NCBI GenBank assembly: GCA_002421665.1
Contig: DISH01000004.1
Span: 447,900 to 504,703 of the forward strand
Length of the DNA: 56,804 nt
DNA from: Candidatus Omnitrophica bacterium UBA6215
Lineage (GTDB): Bacteria > Omnitrophota > Gorgyraeia > Pluralincolimonadales > Pluralincolimonadaceae
Direction of reading: 5' to 3'
Below the pieces are notes generated by a model that made no database searches, had not been told where the DNA came from, and saw only the letters and a program-made list of their open reading frames with translations. The translations under genes and the position numbers were made by a program. Below are positions 39,155-46,718 of this stretch, in pieces (the stretch's first letter is position 1; the number at the start of each line of letters is the position of its first letter).

Positions 39155-39927
39155 CTACGACTTTCTCTGCCGTTTCCCGCATAGTCCTGCGCGCCGGCAA
39201 GTATCTCAAGAATAACACCAGGAAGATCAAGCAAATATCCTACAAGGGTGACATCAACCTCGTGACTAATGTCGATCGCGAGGTTGAATCACTCTTAATA
39301 AAGGATCTCCGTAAGGAATTTCCCGGCATCGGTTTCCTGGCCGAAGAATCCGGTGCTACCGGCCGGGATAGCGGTCTGAAATGGGTAATAGATCCCATAG
39401 ACGGAACCACGAATTTTGCCCACGGATTCCCTTTTTACGCAATTTCCGTAGCCCTTGAAAAGAATGGTAAACCAATACTGGGAATAGTCTACAACCCTGC
39501 CCAGGAAGAATTTTTTTGCGCTCAAAAGGGCAAGGGGGCCTTCCTGAACGGTAAAAGGATATCCGTAAGCCGGCAAAAAAACCTCAAAAAAAGCCTCCTG
39601 ATGACAGGGTTCTCTTATAAACTGGGAAAGAGCATGGAGCAAAATCTTAAGCATTTCAGGAACTTTCTTTTGGCTTCGCAGGCCGTCCGCAGGGCCGGAA
39701 GCGCCAGTTTAGACCTGTGCTATGTAGCCTGCGGCAGGCTCGAGGGATTCTGGGAATTAGACCTTTATCCATGGGATACCGCCGCCGGCTGGCTGATTGT
39801 GGAAGAAGCCGGGGGAGAGGTGACCGATTTCAGGGGCAAAGAATATAGCAATAATTCCAAGCAGATCCTGGCAACTAATGGGGAAGTCCACAGCCGGATG
39901 CTCAAAATCCTAAAGAGATCCCTCTAA
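39151..39927 (+). CDS. suhB: Inositol monophosphatase family protein (SuhB-like); start codon non-canonical or reached by frameshift
   Basis: IMPase motifs: WVIDPIDGTTNF, ...GSASLDLCYVACGRLEGFWE, WDTAAG. The track starts at GTG 39262. The same frame upstream encodes the conserved N-terminus (TTTFSAVSRIVLRAGKYLKN..ISYKGDINLVTNVDRE) back to a TAA at 39142-39144, with no ATG/GTG/TTG in between. Confidence 0.8.
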   Translation: MTTTFSAVSRIVLRAGKYLKNNTRKIKQISYKGDINLVTNVDREVESLLIKDLRKEFPGIGFLAEESGATGRDSGLKWVIDPIDGTTNFAHGFPFYAISVALEKNGKPILGIVYNPAQEEFFCAQKGKGAFLNGKRISVSRQKNLKKSLLMTGFSYKLGKSMEQNLKHFRNFLLASQAVRRAGSASLDLCYVACGRLEGFWELDLYPWDTAAGWLIVEEAGGEVTDFRGKEYSNNSKQILATNGEVHSRMLKILKRSL

Positions 39928-39975
39928 TAATCCTGCCCAAAATACCATCAAAAACCAAACATTTTAAGCCGCCAA

Positions 39976-39997
39976 AAGCCGCCTTGGGCTTGCTTTT
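39976..39997 (+). terminator. Weak candidate terminator after the suhB-like gene
   Basis: AAGCC-GCCTTG-GGCTT followed by GCTTTTCG. Only a 5-bp stem. Confidence 0.25.
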
Positions 39998-40186
39998 CGT
40001 GCTCCAGACAACGTCCTATAATATATCTTATGTTAAGTACTACAGCACGCGAGTTAACCTGTGGACAAGTTCTTTCCCTTCACTGTGAATATGGCGCTTA
40101 TAAGCCGGTTTTATGGTTGGTTATGGTTGTAGAATTGGCGGGAATTTTGGCCTGGATGGCCCTCTGACGGGCGTTCATGGCAGGAA

Positions 40187-40771
40187 TTATATCAGATCCA
40201 GATTCTCTTCCTTTGGCGGCGAAAAGACCTCAAAATACTCCGCCGGCCGGCTGCCGAGCGCCTCAAAACCGTGCCTTATATTGGCAGGTATGCAGTATGC
40301 GTCACCGGGCCCCAACACTTGGGATTCCTTGCCTATGGTGACCCTTATTTGGCCGGCAAGCACATAGCCGATCTGCTCGTTATTATGCTTATGGTCCGTG
40401 GCCTGGCCGGGCTCGAGTTTTACCCATGTGAATTGGGCATTCTTGCCGGAGATCACTTTGCCGAATATGCCTTCACGCTTCCTGGCAAATTCCTTGCTTC
40501 CGAAGCCCTTAAAAAAGCCCTGCTGCGGCTTGGCTGACTGCTTTGGCTGCCTTTTATCAAGCAATTCTATGGCCCTTGACTTGTAATTCTCGCGCTTCAG
40601 GTAGCCCTTCTTCCGGAGCGCCTCAAGATAGCCCCTTACCGTGCCGGTAGACGAAAAACCCATCTCCCCCGCTATCTCCCTTATGGTCGGCGGCAGGTTC
40701 TTCTCCACTTTCTCTCGGATAAATTTGAGGACCTTCTCTTGTTTGTCGGTCAATTCTACTCGGGGTTTCAT
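40187..40771 (-). CDS. Transcriptional regulator: LexA-type winged-helix DNA-binding domain fused to a cupin domain
   Basis: N-terminus LTDKQEKVLKFIREKVEKNLPPTIREIAGEMGFSSTGTVRGYLEALRKKGYL resembles the LexA DNA-binding domain. The C-terminus is cupin-like (EPGQATDHKHNNEQIGYVLAGQIRVTIG...GPGDAYCIPANIRHGFEA), with no S24 peptidase Ser/Lys. The ATG at 40771 is preferred over the track TTG at 40807, which is the -35 box. Confidence 0.75.
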   Translation of the reverse strand: MKPRVELTDKQEKVLKFIREKVEKNLPPTIREIAGEMGFSSTGTVRGYLEALRKKGYLKRENYKSRAIELLDKRQPKQSAKPQQGFFKGFGSKEFARKREGIFGKVISGKNAQFTWVKLEPGQATDHKHNNEQIGYVLAGQIRVTIGKESQVLGPGDAYCIPANIRHGFEALGSRPAEYFEVFSPPKEENLDLI

Positions 40772-40778
40772 AGGCAGG

Positions 40779-40807
40779 AATATACCACACATTTGTGTGG
40801 GTGTCAA
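40779..40807 (-). promoter_or_regulatory. Promoter with embedded palindromic operator; leaderless transcript of the LexA-wHTH/cupin gene
   Basis: Read on the - strand: TTGACA (40807-40802), 17 nt, TATATT (40784-40779), 7 nt, ATG (40771). The spacer contains the perfect palindrome CCACACA-AA-TGTGTGG (40785-40800). Confidence 0.6.
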
Positions 40808-40844
40808 GAATTTTTAGACGGGCTTGAATCTCAGGGTTCCCTAA

Positions 40845-43166
40845 CTAGCATTGTTCTCTAAAATTTACCCTTTTCGTTTCAAGTCCATATTTTTCAAACT
40901 TATAACGAATATATGATGACATCTCATCCTCGTGAGTTGACATAAATATCTGTCTATCAGAAAATTCATTTCTTAAAATCTCTATCAGTCCCGCCATATT
41001 TATTTCATCCAGTGTCTGGACAGGATCATCGATAAACAACACTTTATATTTTTCGGAATATCTTTTATTCAATGTCATAGTAAATGCAATTATCAACACG
41101 GCTAATTGACCTGCACTCATTGAAAATACGGCATCATGTTGTGATTTTACGGAACTCTCACAAAATCTGATCCCATTATCAGTAGCTATAAATAGCCCGA
41201 GACCGCCCTGGTAATCCTGTGCTATCCTTCCAGAATAAACATGAAACAATATTTCAACATTTTTAATAAGATCGACGCGATATTTAAACAGTGAGGTTTT
41301 ATACACATCCTTCAAATCTTTGAGCTTATCTGTAATCTGACTCGATGTTTTATAATCATTTAATTTCTTTTCATATTGTTCTTTTTTGTCTTTCATAGTT
41401 ACACTCTGATATATCATATATTGCCATTTCAAATATTTTCTTTTCTCTTCAATATTATCAACTGTAATCATTTTTATTTTATCCCATTTGCTATTAAAAT
41501 ATTCAACAAAATAATCACTATAATAAGAATAGATATTTTTTCCGTTAATAGAATATTTTTTATTTTCTATTTCTTTTACTAATAAATAATATTTTTCATC
41601 AAGTTGTTCTGTCTTTTCGCACATAGCCTTATTAATTTGTACACCAATCGATTCCAGCTCCGTATATATCTCATGTAATTCGTTTTCTTGTCGCTTTGCT
41701 TCTTTTAATCCATCAATAAATTTTTTATCAATATTATTATTTTCTAAATAAGCGTTAAAATACTTAATTATTGGGATAATAAATTCATTCTCATAGTTCT
41801 TTAGCGCAGTATTAAATTTTGTTTGCGATTTGTTGGTTATTTGGGCCAACAATTTTGATTTTTCTTCCAATTTTAATTTTAACTGCTTTGCTGACTCCCA
41901 TTCATAGCCACACAGAGGACATTCTTTTTGATCTTCATATATATTTTGCAATTTATAAAAGTGAGATATAAAAGCATCCCTTGAATCTTTTAGCAAGGCT
42001 TCAACCTTAGATAGCGCGTCCATTTGATTATATAATTCACGAATTTTTGTTTGGACATTATAATATGTTTTAATATCAACTATTTTACTAACCATCTCTG
42101 AAAGAATCCCTAATTCCGCCTTTTCTTCTATCACTGTTGATTTGATATCTTTATTGCATTTGCTAATGTATTCAATTATAGATTGCTGTATTATGTAAAT
42201 GTTTTTATATTTTTCATAATCATTTAAGTGTTTATAGTATAATACTATTAACTTAAGCTGATTGTCTTTGTTTAATATTTTATCGATTCTATTATTGATT
42301 TGCATTTTCTTGTATTCTTCTGCATTAATAACTAGATTTTTAATTCTATCTAGTAGGCCATCTTCGCCTATCCACTCAGAATATTGTCCGGTCTTAAAGT
42401 CAACATTCTCATTGTCCCATATACAGTTTTTCCATTCTAGCAATTTAAAATATAAAGGTTTATGCCTAGTATCGACTATTTCATTTGTATTATCTGATAT
42501 TTCTTTCTCTAGAGCATCTAATTCATCTTTTTTCTCTTTACCGCACATTTTCCTAAGCGCATTATATAATGTTTCGATTTTGCTTTGACGATTTTCATAT
42601 TCATCTGTATTGAACAAATATGCAATATTTTCTTGCCTCGTTTTTTCTTTATTTTTTAATAAATATGTATTTTCTTCTTGTTCTACATAATTAAGGAAAT
42701 GAAAATTATCACGGTAATATTCACCCATGATTTTCGTCATAAAAGCTTGTTCGTTGTTAATAATTTTCCCTTCTCTATCTTCATATTTATCTAGTTCATA
42801 TAGTTTTAAATATGATATAAATTCATCGACATTTTTTGCACTTATTAGGTTATGTCTTAATCCTTTTCTCATAATAACTATATTCTCCCCATCTACCTCT
42901 AATTCAGCTTTTATAATAAGGTCTCCTCCTTGTTTATTTAAGAAATAACTCCCTCTTTCTCTTGCTGATACGAGAACATCTTTTTCTAACTCTCTATATC
43001 TCCGTATTTTACCCGTAAGAAGAAGCTCGATCGCATCAAAAAAAGACGTTTTCCCAAATCCATTGGGTCCATCAAATATGATTACATTAGCTGAATTAAA
43101 TTCTTCCGAAAATGTTTTAAATATTTTGAAGCTTTCGATTGATATTTTATTGATTCTGATTGCCAT
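40845..43166 (-). CDS. lmuB: Rad50/SMC-like ABC ATPase with long coiled coil and central CxxC hook (LmuB-like, ABC-three-component ATPase)
   Basis: Walker A FDGPNGFGKTS (nt 43044-43070). About 460 aa of heptad-rich K/E/L/I sequence. CPLC exactly mid-coil (track residues 420-423, nt 41910-41921). Signature-like SMSAGQLAV, Walker B KVLFIDDPVQTLD, H-loop FMSTHEDE. Start ATG 43166 (GAGGA SD) is preferred over 43178. Confidence 0.85.
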   Translation of the reverse strand: MAIRINKISIESFKIFKTFSEEFNSANVIIFDGPNGFGKTSFFDAIELLLTGKIRRYRELEKDVLVSARERGSYFLNKQGGDLIIKAELEVDGENIVIMRKGLRHNLISAKNVDEFISYLKLYELDKYEDREGKIINNEQAFMTKIMGEYYRDNFHFLNYVEQEENTYLLKNKEKTRQENIAYLFNTDEYENRQSKIETLYNALRKMCGKEKKDELDALEKEISDNTNEIVDTRHKPLYFKLLEWKNCIWDNENVDFKTGQYSEWIGEDGLLDRIKNLVINAEEYKKMQINNRIDKILNKDNQLKLIVLYYKHLNDYEKYKNIYIIQQSIIEYISKCNKDIKSTVIEEKAELGILSEMVSKIVDIKTYYNVQTKIRELYNQMDALSKVEALLKDSRDAFISHFYKLQNIYEDQKECPLCGYEWESAKQLKLKLEEKSKLLAQITNKSQTKFNTALKNYENEFIIPIIKYFNAYLENNNIDKKFIDGLKEAKRQENELHEIYTELESIGVQINKAMCEKTEQLDEKYYLLVKEIENKKYSINGKNIYSYYSDYFVEYFNSKWDKIKMITVDNIEEKRKYLKWQYMIYQSVTMKDKKEQYEKKLNDYKTSSQITDKLKDLKDVYKTSLFKYRVDLIKNVEILFHVYSGRIAQDYQGGLGLFIATDNGIRFCESSVKSQHDAVFSMSAGQLAVLIIAFTMTLNKRYSEKYKVLFIDDPVQTLDEINMAGLIEILRNEFSDRQIFMSTHEDEMSSYIRYKFEKYGLETKRVNFREQC

Positions 43167-43863
43167 GTATATCCTCATCTAATAAAGACTTCAATTTTTT
43201 AAATATTTTGGAATCTGTCTTATTAAAATCCAAATCATCAGACAATATACTGTCAAATTCCGTATCAATAAGTTTGTCTATACTTGATAAATGTATAGCT
43301 GCAACCGCTTCGTCTTTCTCTTTGAAAAGAGGCTGAAGGCTCGCATCATTTTCCATTACAACCGGTAGAAAAGGAAGTTTGATCATAATACGATATAATA
43401 GTGCTTCCCATGTCTGGTTGCTTGTATTAACCTTATATCTATCAAATATCTTGTTGTCAATCGCTTGTTTTATGATGAACTCATAGCAGTCTTTATCCGA
43501 AATATTTCTTTTAAGGTCTACGATTTCTTTTGTAGAATAAGCTAACACATATTTTTTAAAAAAGAACGGATTTTCTTCAATTTCCATTTTTGTTTTTTTA
43601 AATATTAGTTTGTCAATATCGCCTTCTTTTGTGTTCCATAATATTAGCATAGATAGATTTTTGTCTACATCTTCATATTGATATACTTGCTTACACAACT
43701 TGAAGTACGATGGCTGCTTTTCTATAATATTTGCAACATCATCTTCGACAATAATCCAATATTGCTTTTTATCGTCTTCTTTGTGTTTAAGTATATGTAC
43801 GTTGTTAATTTCTTTGCATTCATAGCCACTTTTTAGAAATACCTGTTTAATAATAGTAATCAT
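43147..43863 (-). CDS. 238-aa protein in the position of the Lamassu LmuC / ABC-3C middle component
   Basis: No motif recognised. The call rests on size, position between effector and ATPase, the ATGA overlap with the upstream gene and a 20-nt overlap with the ATPase gene. Confidence 0.5.
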   Translation of the reverse strand: MITIIKQVFLKSGYECKEINNVHILKHKEDDKKQYWIIVEDDVANIIEKQPSYFKLCKQVYQYEDVDKNLSMLILWNTKEGDIDKLIFKKTKMEIEENPFFFKKYVLAYSTKEIVDLKRNISDKDCYEFIIKQAIDNKIFDRYKVNTSNQTWEALLYRIMIKLPFLPVVMENDASLQPLFKEKDEAVAAIHLSSIDKLIDTEFDSILSDDLDFNKTDSKIFKKLKSLLDEDIHGNQNQ

Positions 43864-45158
43864 GCGATATGCTCCTTTGCCCTACTTAGAGACACTAATG
43901 ATACTTTTTTCCACTTTGTAATTTTGTCATATCTTTCAGGAGAACTATCAACATTTTTTTGTCTACGAATTTGTTCATATACTGATGTAACATCGATTCC
44001 AGTAGTAATTAAATTACCACATTGATATAGGGTATAAAGATTTTTGGGATTATCTACTATATTCATGCAAATATCTTCAGCAAGGTCTTTAGCCGCATGA
44101 ATCGTCGTAGGATAATATGTGGCATCTTCGCCTTGTTTCCAAATAAATGCATTAATACTTTCACAAAAATCCGTTTTTTTCAATTCTTTCAATATATTTA
44201 AGAACGCATGCCTATAACCTTCGTCGGAAGGTGTGTTATCCTTATATTCTTTTATTGAGCCACATTTGAACTCCTTTTGTGGCATTATGCCTTGCATAAA
44301 TTCTTTCACTTGTTTGCTTGTCATATTTTCTATTTGCATCATGTAGTCTGCCATTTTTTTATGAATGGATTCTTCCAAGGGCCCATGTATATTTTCTTGG
44401 TCCTCAATATATTGAAAGTAATATTCGCGGAGACGAACACGAATTTGACATAGCAAATAAACATCGTCTATTGCTGCCGTTGTTAGGTCATCATCGAGTA
44501 TCCTTTTAAACTGCGATAAACCCATTGTTTCAATGTTATCAGAAACGCTGTAATTGGAGTTATGCATTTTTGCGTGAATCATCAATACCTTTTTTTGTAT
44601 AATATCATCAATAATGACTCGCGTTTTTTCTATATAATCAATATTATTTTTAAATAATTCCTCTTTTCGGCATTCTTTATAATATTTTTCAATCATTTGG
44701 TTAATTTTATTATTAATTTGATCGACCGGACATCTATTAGTGCCATCATGATAATTGTATATTTTAACGGGGGCGTATTCTTTTTCAATATCCGCATCGG
44801 ATTTCGAACTTACATCATTGGCTAAATGAAAATAGGCGTACGAACATCTTATTCTGTTAGCATGATTTCTTAATTTTTCAAATGCATTTATTTTTTCCTT
44901 ATTCTTAATATATGTTGTATAAGCGCTAATCCCACTCCGCTCTATTGCTTTAACTTGATGCAACGATTCGACATCGCCATCTTTGTGAATGCAAAAATCT
45001 TCCAAATATTCTAGCTTAAGAGAATATCCACTTTCTTTGCCATCGCACAAAAGTCTAAGAACATGATATATGGCAACTTTCCCTTGATAAATAAAACCGC
45101 TCCAGCTTGGAATTGCACCGCCTGTTGAAGCTCTATGATCTTCGGTCATTCTTATCAT
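43860..45158 (-). CDS. lmuA: LmuA-like effector with N-terminal Cap4/DUF4297-type PD-(D/E)xK nuclease domain
   Basis: N-terminus STGGAIPSWSGFIYQGKVAIYHVLRLL...LKLEYLEDFCIHKDGDVESLHQVKA fits the DUF4297 pattern (GG..GF.YQ ... E..ED ... QVK). The C-terminal ~330 aa are helical and unassigned. The start (45158 or 45149) overlaps the upstream DUF2130 gene. Confidence 0.7.
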   Translation of the reverse strand: MIRMTEDHRASTGGAIPSWSGFIYQGKVAIYHVLRLLCDGKESGYSLKLEYLEDFCIHKDGDVESLHQVKAIERSGISAYTTYIKNKEKINAFEKLRNHANRIRCSYAYFHLANDVSSKSDADIEKEYAPVKIYNYHDGTNRCPVDQINNKINQMIEKYYKECRKEELFKNNIDYIEKTRVIIDDIIQKKVLMIHAKMHNSNYSVSDNIETMGLSQFKRILDDDLTTAAIDDVYLLCQIRVRLREYYFQYIEDQENIHGPLEESIHKKMADYMMQIENMTSKQVKEFMQGIMPQKEFKCGSIKEYKDNTPSDEGYRHAFLNILKELKKTDFCESINAFIWKQGEDATYYPTTIHAAKDLAEDICMNIVDNPKNLYTLYQCGNLITTGIDVTSVYEQIRRQKNVDSSPERYDKITKWKKVSLVSLSRAKEHIA

Positions 45159-46323
45159 TTTCTTCTGGACTTTTAACGGGTAATTCGAGAATTTTAATCT
45201 GTTGTAACGCAGTGCCTGCTAATCCTTCTAAATCTCCATACATGCCAGCAGTATTGGATATAATTTTTTCTATTTGCTTTTCCCTGTTCCCCCAAATACG
45301 TTGCATTGCCCGTTTTTCAGCTTCAAGATCTTCTTTCATAGCCCTGAAGCCATCTACAATCGCAATTACCCGATTACGAAACTCTACACTAGTCACATAA
45401 CTATATATTAGATCCTTTTTATCATCCTTACCACTTTCAACTTCTTTCGCATTGGCTACTTGAATCAATACCATTCGGAGGGCCAGTGACAGGCTAAGCG
45501 CTGATGGAACATCTGTCACCCAGACACCGTTTATCTGGCGAAAATGATGAAATCCCGAAGGCAAGGCTTCGGATACAAGAACTGCAATATCAGCCTTGGC
45601 TTCGCCTTGGTCATCTTTTAGCTTCTGAATCCAAGAATCGCTCCAATTTTTTACACGTTTTGTCTCCCATAATATTTTCCCACACGGACGTCCAGATTGC
45701 GTTTTAACAGTTTGAATAATATCTGCGCCACGTACGCCTTTTGAGACCGGCTCAATTATGTCAAAAGAAAACTCTCGCCTGAACAATTCCTCTATTTCCA
45801 ATTCAAGCACTTCGCCTTGTGCCTGTTGGGAGCCCTGCTCCATTTTTCTCTTTAATTCCTCGACCTGCTTCAGGGTATCCGAGAGTTTTCTGTCTTTCTC
45901 CGCGTCCTTCAGCTTGTGCTGTTCTTCGAACCTCATTAAAACATTGGCTTCAATTCTTCCTCGCTCTTCGTCAATTTTCCTAGCCGTTTCCAACTCAAGT
46001 GCTTTTTCCTTCTCTTCAAGTTCATGCTGTTTTTTACGCAGTGCCAGTTCATTCTCTTGAGCTTGTTTGAGTCTACGATTACTATCTTCCACCTGAAACT
46101 TTAAATCAGCGATTTCAGTGCTAACTACTTCTTCGGCCTGTTTTTTAAGTTTTGATTCGAGCTCTTCGTGTTGTTTTTTAAGACGGACTTGATATTCGAC
46201 TTCTTTTTCGGATAGTTGCATTTCATATTTTTGGCGAGCACGTTCTTCAATATCACGGGACAGAGCATCAGAAAGTGGTATAAGCTCTTCGCATTTAGGA
46301 CACTTTATGAAATCCTGTGGCAT
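45133..46323 (-). CDS. DUF2130 family protein: N-terminal CxxC, long coiled coil, C-terminal restriction-endonuclease-like domain
   Basis: CPKCEE at residues 8-13. About 170 aa of E/K/L/Q coiled coil. C-terminal GEVLELEIEELFRREFSFDIIEPVSKGVRGADIIQTV...GKILWETKRVKNWSDSWIQKLKDDQ...ADIAVLVSEALP matches my memory of PF09903. AAGGAG SD 9 nt upstream of the ATG. Confidence 0.7.
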   Translation of the reverse strand: MPQDFIKCPKCEELIPLSDALSRDIEERARQKYEMQLSEKEVEYQVRLKKQHEELESKLKKQAEEVVSTEIADLKFQVEDSNRRLKQAQENELALRKKQHELEEKEKALELETARKIDEERGRIEANVLMRFEEQHKLKDAEKDRKLSDTLKQVEELKRKMEQGSQQAQGEVLELEIEELFRREFSFDIIEPVSKGVRGADIIQTVKTQSGRPCGKILWETKRVKNWSDSWIQKLKDDQGEAKADIAVLVSEALPSGFHHFRQINGVWVTDVPSALSLSLALRMVLIQVANAKEVESGKDDKKDLIYSYVTSVEFRNRVIAIVDGFRAMKEDLEAEKRAMQRIWGNREKQIEKIISNTAGMYGDLEGLAGTALQQIKILELPVKSPEENDKNDRRS

Positions 46324-46361
46324 ATATTCTGTCTCCTTTTTACAGATATAAGAATTAAGAT

Positions 46362-46718
46362 TCAGATTAACCCTTCATCAAAAACCCAGAATTCTGTAAA
46401 TTCTTCTTTTTTGGCATCGATTTTTGTCGCTTCCAAGCGCCATACGAAACGGTCGCGAGGAGAAGAACCTTTCTTTCCAAAGGTTCCAAACAAACCATCT
46501 AACACTGTTTTGCAGAGATTGTCTAGATCAGATAGTCGTAACCGTGAGTTTGATAGATGGAAATCTATTCGTACGCTGAAGCGGTGTTGTTCAGGAAATT
46601 GCTCAATTTTATTTAATAAATCACGTTTATATTTTCTTATAATAGCCTTCCTCCCCCACACCTTGATCGAAGGCGTTGGGCAGTAACCTAAAACTTTACC
46701 ATGAGCAATTAATTTCAT
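46362..46718 (-). CDS. rusA: RusA-like Holliday-junction resolvase (endodeoxyribonuclease RusA family)
   Basis: 118 aa. VRIDFHLSNSRLRLSDLDNLCKTVLDGL aligns with E. coli RusA [26 protein letters not shown] (from memory). A PTPS motif lies near the N-terminus. The size matches (RusA is 120 aa). Confidence 0.55.
   Translation of the reverse strand: MKLIAHGKVLGYCPTPSIKVWGRKAIIRKYKRDLLNKIEQFPEQHRFSVRIDFHLSNSRLRLSDLDNLCKTVLDGLFGTFGKKGSSPRDRFVWRLEATKIDAKKEEFTEFWVFDEGLI

Noticed and set aside
41376-42948. Plus-strand ORFs inside the AT-rich island (41376-41582, 42262-42588, 42727-42948), considered as possible hidden antisense genes such as an antitoxin or immunity gene.
   Set aside because: Their products are low-complexity Phe/Ile/Leu/Ser strings. 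That is the expected antisense translation of a Lys/Glu/Asn/Ile-rich AT-rich gene. No SD is present.
45107-46686. Plus-strand ORFs 45107-45400, 45504-45707, 45758-46060 and 46216-46686, antisense to the DUF2130 and rusA-like genes.
   Set aside because: They are Ser/Leu/Phe-rich mirror translations of an E/K/L coiled-coil gene. I see no start context and no motif.
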